Source: Chiloscyllium plagiosum
Taxonomy: Eukaryota
Assembly: GCF_004010195.1 (NCBI RefSeq)
Contig: NC_057719.1
Location: forward strand, 84,797,012 to 84,859,011
Length of the DNA: 62,000 nt
Reading direction: 5' to 3'
The translations under genes and the position numbers were made by a program. Position 1 is the stretch's first letter; each line of letters opens with the position of its first letter. Of the stretch, positions 11,541 to 25,044 are shown in pieces. The notes beneath the pieces were generated by a model. The model did not search any database. It had not been told where the DNA came from and saw only the letters and a list, made by a program, of their open reading frames with translations.

Positions 11541-13389
11541 AGTTCTGTTAGTTAGGGGCATCCTCTAATAATTAGAGGTAGGTCTTTTTGAACTGAAATC
11601 GCCACACTGTTGCACGCTAAAGGCCATAGAATTCTGCTGGGGATATTTGATGCTAAATCAGTTATTAGTTTTAAATCTGAGAATGGTATATTTTTGTTGA
11701 TCAGAAGGTAATAAGAGTAAAGACAACAGACAGAGTTCCTACAGCTAATGCTACAACTTAACCAGGAAGAATACACTGACAACTGAGCTGTACTGTTGTG
11801 CAAGGTGTCACTAATGTGGAAATAATTAAACCTCCAAGGTGACCCATAACCTTTATGCTTTGCCAGTCAAGACAAAAGCAATTCATACCAAATTTTGTCA
11901 TTTCAATAAATACAAAAGATTTTATTGTTAAATATGGTCATTTATTTAACAAGGGATAGAAAAACTGTGTCTTAAACAATACAATTTTGAAATCCCAAGT
12001 GTTTACATTCATTCATGGATAAGACAGACAAAAGACAGAAGTTGGAAAATTATGAACAGTGAAGACAAAATTCTGAAGACCATAAGTCTAGCCCATTAGG
12101 TTAAGAGTTCTTTCTCTCAGTTCTTTTGAGTTTAATGATGGTGACAAGCTGTTGTCTGAGGCAAGACAGTCGTTCTTTGATTAGATGCTCCAAGATCTTT
12201 TCTTCTAATAGAATCATTTCTTTTAAGTTCCTTGGCTTATTTTATATTTTTGCTTGCATAGAGAAAAGGGACAGACTTTTTTTTTTTCTTTGCTGACTGA
12301 TTGTTTCTGACTGCACTGCTTTAATCAGAGGGCTGTCATCAGGCATTTTTTTTCTGAGATCAAAATTCATAGTGACACCCTATCTTGATAATGTAACAAT
12401 CTCGGGGCTCCAAAAGCAACATAATCTTGTCCAGTTAGAAATATGCAGCACTGGTTTTCAAATCAGCATCCCGATCTCTGTATTTGCAACTTTGTAAAAT
12501 TAAAACACTCAGTGACCTTTTAAAATTGCTCCACTGGTTCCAAATCAGGCTTTTAAGATATTCAATACAGAACTGTGTATAGCCCATATTAGACATTAAG
12601 CTTAAACAAAAGAATTAGCACTTTATTGAAAATTCAGTTGATTAAGTAGAGCAGAGTTAAACAACAAAGTAATCTAAATACTGTCTGTGATTTAAACCCA
12701 ATCTTCTTTTATTCTAGCCCCCATACTCTCTCAGGCAACCAGACATATTTAATTGATAAATCTGAAGGAAAAAAATGATGTACTGGCCAGTTCACTTAAA
12801 CGGTTTGCACAATTTGTAATATCACGTGATATGGGATTGTATCTTGCTCAGTTTCTGAAGACACCGGGCAATGCAAACAGCTTCCAGTAAGCTCTGAAGA
12901 GTATTTATAACTTAAATTTTATAACTGAGATTCTATTCTCCAAACTTTCAATGAGTTGCTAATGGCAGGATAGCCAGGGAGCAATAAAACCTCAATCCTG
13001 TAGCTTTGGCAACCGCAATCTTCTGATAAAAACACAGTTCAAAACATGTGATCCCTTACAGTAGTCTAGAGGTCTTGTGCTGCAGTGGTAGGGTCCCTGC
13101 CTCTGCGGATTGAAGTCAAACAGCACCACTTAAAGCCATGGGAGATGTTTCATAAAGTGACCAAATGGGTATCGCCTTATAATTCCTTCTAAAAGTCATG
13201 AACCACAGTGTGATAAAAGGAAGAGAGATTCTTCACTGGTGATATGACAGGAAGAAATTGGAGACTCTAATGTGGTTGCCTATAATTTCATATTAACATG
13301 TATTTTGGCTCACAGGACTAGATAATGATCAGGTTGTTGTCAATAGTGAGGTTTGATCCCTGTTCAAGTTGAGGTATATTCAGAACCTG

Positions 13390-14029
13390 AAAATGTGTTG
13401 CTGGAAAAGCGCAGCAGGTCAGGCAGCATCCAAGGAGCAGGAGAATCAACGTTTCAGGCATGAGCCCTTCTTCTCCTACTCTTTGGATGCTGCCTGATGT
13501 TTTAAAAAATTCTCAAGGTCAGGTTCGTAGGAGAGTAGTCTGACACAGAACAAACGACCAAGAGGCGAGTCTGCTAGAATATGGGCATTTTATTCCCCGC
13601 AGCGTCGCCACATCCAGGTCTCATACAACGGGTCTGGCTTATACTCACTCTACATGTTACCGGAACTGGGAGCCGTCAGTTCTCGTAGAGCGGTTGCCAA
13701 CAACCCACGCTCGGCGGTTAAACGTAACCCCGGAGCAGACTCACCTAACTGGAGACTTTTCCAGCTGATATACTCTTTTCTAGATATAAACATTCATGTG
13801 AACAGCAGAGCAAGGCTAAAAAACACATTCCATTCTGGTTACATACAGATAAGAAGATTCACACGGGGAGGTGTGTAATAAGATTCACACGGGACTGCCC
13901 AATACATGTGTTACATTATGATTCACACATGTATTGGGACATAATTTTACACCACACCTGACCTGCTGCGCTTTTCCAGCAACACATTTTCACTCTGATC
14001 TTCAGCATCTGCAGTCCTCACTTTCTCCC
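13390..14029. mobile_element. Palindromic Penelope-like element (family A) interrupted by a solo LTR
   Basis: TSD atattcagaacctg at 13376-13389 and 14030-14043; inverted arms. Confidence 0.85.
13498..13956 (-). mobile_element. Solo LTR (459 bp) of an LTR retrotransposon or ERV
   Basis: TG...CA termini and 5-bp TSD CCTGA (13493-13497, 13957-13961). Minus-strand TATAA (~13639-13643) and AATAAA (~13590-13595); CpG-rich. Confidence 0.85.
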
Positions 14030-14799
14030 ATATTCAGAACCTGCCTACTTGCCTGCTCCTGGTCTAAATTGTTGCACTGTGGGTCAGACATGACTTCAGG
14101 TAAAGAACTCGAAGAGATAAATAAGAACAGTTTCTGTTGGATGTTTAACTCTGGGGATTTGTTATGTGAGGAAATTTTAATAAAATCAAGTTTTAAATTT
14201 AGCATTTAACTTGACTGTGATAGTAATTTATAATTTCTTCCAGTTTCAGTCAGTGACAAACGAGTGCTCCCTTTAAAAGATGCAAAAATAAATAAATAAG
14301 CAGGGGCCAAAAGACAGGAAGAAACGGTGGGGTTGAGATAAAGTCATTGAATCGATCATTCAAAAACAATGTGATAATACTCTTTTTGACTGGCTTCCGT
14401 GAAGGATATTGATGCACATCAGACTGGAATGTTCCTTTTGTTCCCTGTTGAGAAATGCAAGGTATCAATCTGTAGAAGCCTTATGCCAGGTGATCCTAGG
14501 CAGCCAATTTTCCCAGCTTTTTCCATCCAATTTTAAACTAGTTTGAAGTTCAGAGTATGACATGGTGTTAGTAAATATGACGCTGTTAATAACCTCAATG
14601 CATGCACCATCTCCAGAACTCATTGTTTCAAGTATGTGCATGTATGTATGTTTAAAGGATATCTTCGTTGCTTTCACGTTTTTGGTTTTGTGTGGATAAA
14701 CTTTTATCTTTACTTTTGATTTAAACTTACCCTGTTTTATGTTTATTCTTTTAAAGTCACAACACTCAAAGTTGAAAGCATTCTCTCTGAAAAATTGTA

Positions 14800-15002
14800 T
14801 AGGCAGCCCCCAGATTGTGAACAAGTTCTGGTTGCAAGTTGATTTGCGTGCCGGTCAGAACATAATGCAGGATAATATGAAGTAGCTGTTCTTATGTGCA
14901 GGAATTGTTTGTATGTGGATCTTTAAAATTACACCCTCCTGGGATCATGCTTGTAAGTACTTGTGCTCGTAAGTTGGTCATTCATAAATTGGGGTCTCCC
15001 TG
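14800..15002. mobile_element. Tigger-like MITE
   Basis: TA then (t)aggcagcccccagattgtgaac ... ttcataaattggggtctccctg, i.e. decayed inverted termini. Confidence 0.65.
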
Positions 15003-15344
15003 CATTTTGTTGCATTCATCTGAGAGGTAAGGAATAGTTATCCCACCACCTCTCCCTATTAGACTTGGAAGGTTGAAGATGTGGTTAAATCTGTAGTATG
15101 ATGGCATTAATTGTATTAGTCTGTAATGTCACAGAAGGAAGTGATATACACTTATGAGTGGGAGAATAATATGGAAAGAAGCTAGTGCCAGAGAGCTTTT
15201 TCATAACTGTAAATATGTATTTATAGGTTACTGTTGATAGGTTTCAGTAGTTAAAAGGACTGTTACCTAATAGCAAAATGTTTGACTGTTACTTCTACAT
15301 CCAAAGGCTATAGATTGAAATATCATTCTAGAAACTTGAAACCC

Positions 15345-15650
15345 AAGATGTGAACAGGCACCAAGGGAGTGCTGAACTGTTGAAGATACTGTATTTCAAA
15401 TGACATGTTAACTTAAGAGAGCCAATGGGGCCTCAGTTTATGGTCAAAAATCCCATGGCATTACTTGAAAAGACCTGACCAATGTTCGTACCTCAATTAA
15501 GGTCAATTTGGAAACAGATTATCTGGTCAACATCATATTGTTTTTGGGAATTTGGTCTGTGTAAATTGGCTGCAGTATCCCTTTCTTTGCTCCTCTTTCA
15601 TTGTAAATTGCTTCAGGATATCCTCAGGTTATGGAAAACGCATAGCAATT
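15345..15650 (+). mobile_element. Deu-domain SINE (SacSINE1/AmnSINE1-like), degenerate
   Basis: ggagtgctg...cccatggca...aaacagattatctggtca...aaattggctgc motifs. Confidence 0.6.
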
Positions 15651-16109
15651 ACAAAATTGTTTTTGCCCCTTTATTAGTTTGTTGGGCCCTCCACAAACTG
15701 CTTCTTACAAAATTTTGATGGGGATGTGCAATAGCTACACTATTGTATATCACTTGTGCTGTTGGCCATGATGGACTACACATGTCACTAAAACTTTTAG
15801 TATGTGAAGCTTTTCTTGTTTAATTCCCATATTCAGAGTGATTTATGTTGTGCCTGATAAGACTTGTACATGTCCACATTCAGAAAACTTAAAAATTAAA
15901 ACATTCCTATTGGTTTGTACATCTGGGTCTCATTGCACACATGCAATACTAATTACTAACTTACAGAAGGCAGTTCCTTAGAATCAAATAAAATCTAACA
16001 GCTTGTTGTAATTGATAGCAATATGTAATAGTGTAGTAGTTCAAAGCAAACTGAATTGGGGTACCAGTTGTGAAGTTTTGAATGAAGATGCAAGTATTAT
16101 TGTAATTTT

Positions 16110-16825
16110 TTATTTATTTGTTTGCAGGTTATGGGCTGGCAGGGCTACCATTTATTGCCCAACCTCATGGCCATTGAGCTGGTGGTGAACTGTTGCCTTG
16201 AGCTGTTGAAGTCCATCAGGTCCATACACTGACCACGTTATTAGGAAGGATTTTAACTCGATGATCGAAGGAAGCATAGTATAGTTTTCTATTAGTTTGG
16301 CGTGTAGGTAATGTTCATTTGCAGCTGCTGCTCTTATCTTTCGAGGTGTTAAGAAGATTGTGTGTTTGGAAGGTATGAAAGGAGCCTTAACAAGTTTCTA
16401 CAGCGCAGCTTTTAGACTGTGTGCTGGGGGTGGGGTGGGGGTGGGCAGTGAGTGAATGTTTAAGGGAGTATATCGGTCAGTTAAGAGGTTGCTTGATCCT
16501 GGATGGTGTCAAATTTTGAATGTTGTTGGAGCTGCACTCATGCAGGCAAGTGAGCGTATTCCATCACACTCCTGACTTTTGTATTGTAGATGGTGGACAG
16601 GCTTGGGCGAGTCAGGAATGAGTGACTTGCTGCAGATTTCCCAGCCTCTGATTTGCTCTTGTAGCCACAGTGTTAATATGGCCATTCCAGTTCAGTTTCT
16701 TGTCAGTGACAACTCCTAGGATATTAATAGTTGGGAATTCAGTAATGGTAATGTCATTGAATGACAAGTAGAAATGGTTGGATTTTCTCTCTTTGGAGAT
16801 GGTCATTGATTGACACTTGTGTGGT
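16110..16825 (-). mobile_element. Old CR1-like LINE 3' fragment
   Basis: ILGVVTDKKLNWNGHINTVATRANQRLG on the minus strand. Confidence 0.7.
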
Positions 16826-16866
16826 GGAATATATATAAAGATATATAGATATATTTCTAGATTATA

Positions 16867-17174
16867 TTAGATTAGATTACTTAGTGTGGAAACAGGCCCT
16901 TCGGCCCAACAAGTCCACACCGACCCGCTGAAGCGTAACCCACCCTGACCCATTCTCCTACATTTACCCCTTCACCTACGGGCAATTTAGCATGGCCAAT
17001 TCAACTAACCTGCATATTTTTGGATTGTGGGAGGAAACCGGAGCACCCGGAGGAAACCCACGCAGACACGGGGAGAATGTGCAAACTCCACACAGAGTCC
17101 CTGAGGTGGGAAATGAACCCAGGTCTCTGGCGATGTGAGGCAGCAGTGCTAACCACAGTGCCACTGTGCCGCCC
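16867..17174 (-). mobile_element. HE1-like V-SINE, near full length
   Basis: TTAGA tail, V-domain and tRNA-like head ending gccgccc. Confidence 0.92.
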
Positions 17175-18639
17175 ACAAATATGGGAAAAGAACTGTTTGA
17201 TAAACAAAGGATTGCTGAAGGATTACTGCATGTTTTTGAAAGCAAGTATCCTGACACTCATTGGGACGAACTATTTACACAGTTGCAAATTCAATCAATA
17301 GTGGAGGAATGTGCAGACATGCTGAAGCCATAAATGTATGCAGATTCAATTGGCATCAATTATCTGATTGGTCTGTGGTCTAGTGACCATTTATTGATGG
17401 CAGAGGCCTCTACCTGCCAAAATCTGATTAGTTCTCAGATAGCTGAACGGCATGGGACTGTGAACAAGATTGCAAGAAGCCATCAGATTTCCACTCGTTT
17501 AGGAACCCTCTGTTCTCTGCAGTAAACACTACTTCAAGCCTAAAGAAAAGAAATGTATTCTTCCTTCAGTAGTTGCTGTAAGCTGCAACTTTTAATTAAT
17601 AAATCAGGGACTTTTAATAAATGTAAACCAGCCATCCTGTGCCGCCTGCAAACCTGTGAAAGGATCTGGAGAATGAAGACCGAGAAAGCAGCATTCTGAT
17701 CAGCACAAGAATCATCTTAGCAGATTCTGTGAACAGGAACCACTCAGCTACATTCCTAATCTTCCCCTCAGCCCATTTTTATTTCCCTGTGTGTGTCAGG
17801 AACAATTTGAGGAGTTAGAATTTTAAATAGATGCCAACTGTTCATTATTGTTTATGTGTAGCTAGAATGTCTTATTGTCGTAAATATTAATTCTCGACAA
17901 TTGCAGAAAGCTAGTCTGTGCTGTCTGTCAACCTGGACCTAAAAGACCAGTAAATTGGGCAATTCTTCATTCTCTTTAAAATCTTTAACTTTTGTTATAT
18001 TCTGGGAATAGTGGAACTTGATTTCCAGAACGCTACTCCAGTGAGGCATAGCACGTCAGATAATGTTTTTGTTTAATTTGCAACATAGGCTGCAAGAAAT
18101 CCTGTTTCCAACAACAAATCTTCAATAATGTTGTCACATCCATATACTCGCAGAAAGAAAGCATGACAGAAAGCATAACAAAACCAGTGTGGCTTCTAAA
18201 AGGCACCCAGTTTTCATACATAAGTGTGGGTTTTAACATCAAAGTGGGAGAAATTTTAAAATTTGTGATTAGACGCTCACAATATGCAAGTAGTTTTTTT
18301 CAGGCATCTGAGGGACTTTTTGTTTTTTGCTGGATTGCACTCTTGGCAGGAGGACAGTTTATTCTAAATTCCATGCTTAGTTTGTCTTCAGAAATAGACA
18401 TCTAATTTTCAGCATCTTGCAACTTAAGAATGAATGAAGACTTTTTAAAAAAAAAATCACTGCGGTTTAAGCCAAACCTAATTACAAAGGCAGATTTATT
18501 GTGCACTATTGAAACCAATATTTCTTTTCAGGACACCACACTGGTACTAATTTGAGAAGAAGCTCCCTTTTTTTTTGTTTTAGACATATTTGATCTTAAA
18601 TAAATACATGGTTACTCAGGGCATTAAAGTCATGATGTG

Positions 18640-18780
18640 CAGGAGCCGGTATTGGACTGTGGTGGGTAAAGCTAAAAATCACAACATCAGGTTATAGTCC
18701 AACAGGTTTATTTGGAAGCACAAGCTTTTGAAGCGCTGCTTCTTCATCAGGTGGTTGAAACCTGGTGATGTGTGATTTTT
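18640..18780 (-). mobile_element. Penelope-like terminal repeat family B with decayed hammerhead
   Basis: caggttatagtccaacaggtttatttggaagc; minus-strand CTGATGA..CAAAAGCT. Confidence 0.75.
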
Positions 18781-19494
18781 TTTTTTCACTCGGGGCTTCA
18801 AAGTTATATTCAGGCACAACTCAATGTACTAAATGTTACAATTCACAAAGCAACAAGTTTGATCACGACATGTGCTGAGTTAGCTGATCTTATTCAGGAC
18901 AGCGTTGGAAGCCTACATTAACCTTCAGTCTTAATTGGCTGGATGAAGTTGAATCTGATTTTTTTTATTATTAACTTCTTTTGAAAACTATACCTGTATG
19001 AACCTCTGGTCAGACAAGCTGCAGAGCCTTAAGTGGCACATAATTCATAGTTTAACCTTTTAGTATTGATTTTTTTATGCGAACTGCTACAACTAAGTTC
19101 TTCCTTTTCTACTCCAAGTATAATTGATCTTCCAAATATTAGTGTTAGGTCGGCAACCAAACTTTAGTATAATTAGTATGATTGACTAACAAGTGGGAGA
19201 TACTTGCAAATGTGAATAGGCATAAGCACTTTAGGGTGGATGGGCAAAATGACCAGAGCTCTACAATGTCAGAGGCCATTTAAGTAAGGGAATTAAAATG
19301 GGAATATGGTAAAGTTAGGAAACATCATCGAGGAATAGATCCTGTTATCTGCAGCCAATATTTGGTTTTCTGTGTGGTGCCAAGGCTTGGAAGACTTAGT
19401 CCAACATTTGTAGCCCACAGAGGAATGGTTTAGAAACCAACATCGGGCGAACACAATGTTCTGAAGAAGTCATGTTAAACTCATGAAGTCATGT

Positions 19495-19816
19495 GGGCGG
19501 CACGGTGGCACAGTGGGTAGCACTGCTGCCTCACAGCGCCTGAGACCCGGGTTCAATTCCCGCCTCAGGCGACTGACTGTGTGGAGTTTGCACATTCTCC
19601 CCGTGTCTGCGTGGGTTTCCTCCGGGTGCTCCGGTTTCCCCTCTCAGTCCAAAGATGTGCAGATCAGGTGAATTGGCCATGCTAAATTGCCTGTAGTGTT
19701 AGGTAAGGGGTAAATGTAGGGGCATGGGTGGGTTGCACTTCAGCGGGTCGGTGTGGACTTGTTGGGCCGAAGGGCCTGTTTCCACGCTGTAACGTAATCT
19801 ATCTAATCTAAATCTA
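19495..19816 (+). mobile_element. HE1-like V-SINE, full length
   Basis: tRNA-like head with A box (tggcacagtgg) and B box (ggttcaattcc), V-domain, CR1-shared 3' end and TCTAA tail. Confidence 0.95.
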
Positions 19817-20349
19817 AAACTGAGTTTTCATTCTGTTTCTCTTTCCACAGATGCCACTAGATCTGCTGAATTTCTCCAGCATTTTGGATGCTGGACTTGT
19901 GAAATAAAAACAAAGTATTTTGGATTGTGAGCTGTGAGGTGGACATGAGGGATTGTATCTTCTTGACTTTAAAACTTTTCGTGAAGTAGGACCTTTTTCG
20001 TGCTGCAGCATGCCTCTTCGCATGAATTTTGCAGGGGGAGGCCAGTTATTTGGCTGCCTGTCTGTTGATTGCCCAGTCTTTGTGTCAGCAGTACAACTGC
20101 TGCTGAGGGCAAAGCATGCCCGAGAAGGACTTTATTTTTATTGGTGGAGCAACTTTGCTGCATCAATTCCAATAAATCAGTCACTGGGACACCCTAATTC
20201 ACTTTAATTGGTTTTCTGCTGCAGACCCATGAGCAGCTAGTATTAGCCCAAGCTCACCACAGAAATGGTGGGACTACATTTGACAAACCAGCTTAATGCT
20301 TTTTGTTCAAAACTTTGTGCCCCTCATCACCTTGAATAGGTTGAGAAGT

Positions 20350-21085
20350 CTTTCTCTTCAAGAGATTGCAAAGAACTATGGATAGGCCTGGTAAGTGGGC
20401 AACAGGATGACAGATGGGTTATAATGTGAGAACTTTATGATTATTCTTTTTGGTGCTAAGAGTAGAGTGCAAAATATTTTTTACAAGGTGTGAAACTTCT
20501 GACTTATTGTTTGAAGTTTGGTTACTTGTGCAAGGAACATGCAGTGGGACTGCAGTAAACAGGAAGCGAATGGCATGTTGGTTTTAATTGCAATGGGGTT
20601 GGAGTACAAATGTAAGAAAATCTTGCTACAACTCCAGGACCCAATCCTTGGCAACATTACAAAAAAGGTTCACGAGATCAATTCCTGTGGTGACAAGATT
20701 TTCCTGTAATGAAATGGAGTCTCTATAATCTCCAATGTTTAGAAGAATGAGATGGGATCTCATTAAAACATACTAGATTCTAGAAGAATGTAACAGCATA
20801 GATATTGAGAGTTTTTTTTCCTGACTGGGGAAACTGATGTGGGGCACAATTTTAAGATAAAAGGTTGATTATTTAGGACTGTGATGAGGAAGTAACCTTC
20901 ACCCAGAATCTCTGGAATTGCCTTCATGAAAGTTGTCAGTGCCCCAGTGTTGAGGGTATTCAAGGCTCAGAGAAATTTTTGGTCTCTTAAGGAACAAAAG
21001 ATAGCGAGTTTTGGTGGGAAAGTGGTAGAAGATCAGCCATCTGTATATTGAATGTCAGAGCAGGATCGTCCTGTTTTATGTTCTT
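20350..21085 (+). mobile_element. Degenerate CR1 3' fragment
   Basis: ANGML..IAMGLEYK remnant and a CR1-like tail. Confidence 0.6.
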
Positions 21086-22432
21086 GTGCAAGAGCTTACT
21101 GTCTTATGCTCATATGAAAAATCATTAGTCAAAATGCTGCAAAGTCGTTGGTGCTATGAAGCAATGCCACTATAAAAGATCAGTATTTTTAATAAGACTG
21201 GGGAAAGTACATTTATATCATTCAATACACGTTATTGAGAATCAGTACTTTATTACTGGTAACTTTGCAAAGGGGCTTTTATACTGTTTTACTTTTAAAT
21301 GTTGTACAATACCTTTTGAACCTTTTAATTGATGAGTGCAAAAAACAGTTGTTCCTCTGACACCAGCTTCCTAACTCATGACTGCTGCCACGCGGAAAGA
21401 CACAACAGTAGATGCATGGGAATCTAACTAACTACAAGTTCCCCTCCAAGGCGCACATCATCCTGAGTTGGATCTATGACATTGCTCCTTCACTGGAAAA
21501 TCCTGGAACCTTCTGTGACAGTACTGTGGGCATCGTGACACCCCAATAACTGCAGGGGTTCACCAAGGCATCTCACTGCCATTGCTGTAAGGCAATCATG
21601 GATTAGCAATAACTGTTAATCTTGCCAGTGACATCCGCATCCCATGAATCAATAAAAACAATTGTTTCTGGACTAATGTGTTGAAGAGCCAACGAGAGAA
21701 CATGACACCTTAAACTGGGTATTATGCAAGAGTTAATAATGTAATTGAGAGCCCCCTTGGGGATAAGTGACCATAATGTGACAGAATTTTTCGTCAAGAT
21801 AGAAAGTGAGGTAGTTGATTCTGAGATGAGTGCCTTTAATCTTAATAAGGAAACTACAATGGTATGAGGAGCGAGTTGGCTATAGTGGATTGGGACATGT
21901 TACTGAAAGGAATAATGGTGGATAGGCAATAGCAAACATTCAAAAGTGAATGGGTGAAGAGGACAGTGATTAAGCCGTGGCTAATGAGAGAAGTTAGAGA
22001 TGATGGTATTTCATGTAGAAAAGAAATGTATAAATTGACAAAAATGCAATAGACGTAAGGATTGGGAGCAGTTTAGAAGACAGCAAAGAAAGACCAATGT
22101 ATTAATGAAGAAAGGGAAAATAGAGTATGAGACTAGTTTGCAGGGGGAATCTCATTCCTGCATTTCTCCTGTCTCGTCCTGTTCTAATTTTACAGGTTGC
22201 TTTGAGATCCTCCCTCATTCTTTTTGTCAGTGTAGCTAAGAGAATTTTGAGGAGTTTTGTAGCACAGGTTGAGGTTTTGGATGTAGGTTTGCTCGCTGAG
22301 CTGGAAGGTTCATTTTCAGACTTTTCGTCACCATACTAGGTAACCTCATCAGTGAGCCTCTGGATGAAGCACCGCTGATGTCTCCTGCTTTCCATTTATA
22401 TGTTGCGGTTTCCTTGGGTTGGTAATGTCATT

Positions 22433-22748
22433 TAGATTAGATTAGATTACTTACAGTGTGGAAACAGGCCCTTCGGCCAAACAAGTCCACACCGAAGCGC
22501 AACCCACCCAGACCCATTCACCTACATTTACCCCTTCACCTAACACTACGGGCAATTTAGCATGGCCAATTCACCTAACCTGCACAGTTTTTGGACTGTA
22601 GGAGGAAACCGGAGCACCCGGAGGAAACCCACGCAGACACTGGGGGAATGTGCAAACTCCACACAGACAGTCGTCTGAGGCAGGAATTGAACCTGGGTCT
22701 CTGGCGCCGTGAGGCAGCAGTGCTAACCACTGAGCCACCGTGCCACCC
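22433..22748 (-). mobile_element. HE1-like V-SINE, full length
   Basis: (TTAGA)n tail, V-domain and tRNA head. Confidence 0.95.
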
Positions 22749-22902
22749 AATGGTAATGGTATTTCCTATGGTGATGTCATTTCCTGTTTCTTCCCCTGAA
22801 AAAAAAAAAGAACAGGAAATGACATCACCATGTGAAATGCTATAACCAACCCAAACATATAAATGGAAAGTAGGAAACACCAGCACTGCTTCGTCTGGAG
22901 GC

Positions 22903-22942
22903 TCACTGAAGATGTTACCCATTATGGTGACGAAACATCTGA
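22903..22942 (+). ncRNA. Minimal hammerhead motif (family C)
   Basis: UCA-CUGAAGA-U-GUUACC-CAUUAU-GGUGAC-GAAA-CAUC-UGA; a mirror copy lies on the minus strand at ~22315-22355. Confidence 0.6.
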
Positions 22943-23199
22943 AAATGAACCTTCCAGCTCAGCGAGCGAACCGACATCCAGGTAGTTAAGGGAGTCAATC
23001 ACAATGTTATGGAATCATATGTAGTCCATATCAGCTAACAATGACAGTTCATTCCCTCAAGCACATTAGAATACCAGATAATCAACAGTGATTTCATGGT
23101 CATCATTTGCTTCAACTTCAGATCTTTATTGAATTTAAATTTCACCATCTGCTGAAGCAGAATTCAAACCCAGGTCTGTAGAACATCACCTTTCTAATC

Positions 23200-24130
23200 T
23201 TATCAAAAGCCTTCTGCAAGTCCAAACAAACCACATTCACTGGCTCAGCGTTATATTCTCAAAGGTATTTCAGTGGGTTTTTCCAACATGATTTCCCTTT
23301 TGTAAATACATACTGATGCTGTCCAATCCCGTCACTGCTTTCTAAGTGCTCTGCTATTAAATATTTTATACTGGACCCTAGCATTTCCCCACAATCAGTG
23401 CCAGGCTAACTGGTCAAAAAATCAATTTTCTCACTCTCTTTTCTCAACTAATGGGGTTACATTAGTTGCTCTGCAATCCATGGGAACATTTCCAGAGTCT
23501 ATAGAATCTTGAAAGATAATCACCAATGCATCGACTATTTCTCTGGCCACTTCTTTAAAGTCATCTCTGATATAGATTCTCGGGCCATAGGGATTTATTG
23601 GCTTTTTTTGCCATTAATTCCCCTAAAGTCATTTACTTTCTTATACTAATCTTCTTCAGTTCTGCCCTCTCACTAGACCCTGTGTTCCAACAGTTCTGAG
23701 ATATGATTTGTATCCTCATTTGTGAAGGTGGAACCTAAGTATTAATTTAGTTAGTCTGCCATCTCTTTGATTCCCTTTAAGTTCTCCTGTTCCTGACTAT
23801 AATGGACCTACATTTGTCTTTACTAATCTTTTTCTTTTCACATACAAACTGTAAATGCTTCTATAGGTATGTTACACACAAGCTTACTCTCGTACTCTGT
23901 TTCCCCCTTGTTAACCTATCCCTTTGTCCTCCTTTACTGAATTCTAAACTGCTGCCAATCCTCAGGTCTGCTTCTTCTATGACCAATTTGTATACCCCTT
24001 CCTTGGATCTAATACTATCCCTAATTTCCATTGTTAGCCATGATCAGACCATCTTCCCAGATGTTATTTTGTGCCGGACAGGAATGAGCAATTGTTGGAG
24101 TTCATACAGGTGCTTTTTAAATATTTGCCA
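23200..24130 (-). mobile_element. Degenerate CR1 ORF2 fragment
   Basis: Reverse-complemented CR1 linker/RT remnants. Confidence 0.55.
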
Positions 24131-24249
24131 TTTAAAGATTCAACTAAGAGTTTCTAATTTTGCCTAAGATTAGTTCAGTGTGATCTTACAGTTATTTCAA
24201 TCATTTTAGACAGAGGTCACAGTTTAATGAAATAGTCTTATACAAGGCT

Positions 24250-24495
24250 ATATAAGACTAAGATGAGGAGAAATTTCTTCAGAGTAGAAAGCCTGTGGAA
24301 CCACAGAAGGCAGTTGAGGCCAAAAGATTGAATGTTTTCAAGAAGGAGTTGGTTGTAGTTCTTAAGGCTAAGGGGATCAAATGGCATGTGGAGAAAGTGG
24401 GGACAGAGTACTGAATTATATGATTAGCCATGATCATGTTGAATGGGAGAACAAGGCTGAATGGTCTACTCCTGCGCCTATTTTCTACGTTTCTT
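24250..24495 (+). mobile_element. CR1 3' end fragment
   Basis: gatgaggagaaatttcttc...gaatggtctactcctgcgcctattttctacgtttc tail. Confidence 0.7.
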
Positions 24496-25044
24496 GGGTA
24501 TTGAAACCGCATCCATCTCACCAGCATAGTTTCACTAATTCATTGCTCATCTTATTGCTTATTTGAACACTTAATTGCTTTTGCCATGAACATCTCCAAA
24601 ATCTTTCTTACAGTCCGGTGTTGTGTACATCTATAATGCGTTATAATTTAGCTTCAAAGTTTCTTCTCTTTTCATTAGTGCAGTAAACAATGGCTCATGG
24701 ATTTGCTCACTGTATATTTTTTCTCTTTATTTGCATGTTCTTTTCTCTCACACTTGCTCAAATCTCTACCAGTTTTACTCACCATCATTAGCGTTCCTCT
24801 GACCTTTTAGTCTATTCATCAGGCACCAAATATGCTGTCAAAAAAGCTGTTTCTCTTTTAATGAAAGTTTAGAAACCAAGAATATGTGGATTCTGTAATC
24901 CAAGATGGAAGATGGGAAAACCTGTGGGTGTAATGGCTACTCTACGTTTTTGAGGTACTTTCCGTGTTGGAGCTGATTTCCTTGAATTCTAGGAGTAGTT
25001 ACTGTTTGAGAACCAGTTGATTTGTTTTGGATCTTTGGAAACAA

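Larger units (their letters stand above)
22278..22980. mobile_element. Palindromic Penelope-like element (family C) with one hammerhead per arm, interrupted by HE1
   Basis: Arms tggatgtagg...gctgagctggaaggttcattttcaga versus tctgaaaatgaaccttccagctcagcgagc...acatcca. Confidence 0.8.

Noticed and set aside
17300..18052. Possible old solo LTR (also 11807-12600 and 59400-60030)
   Set aside because: LTR-like composition, but termini and TSDs could not be established by eye.
19495..19570. tRNA genes (also ~10560-10640, 13065-13125, 36430-36500, 60716-60790)
   Set aside because: A/B boxes are present but there is no complete cloverleaf; these are tRNA-derived SINE heads.
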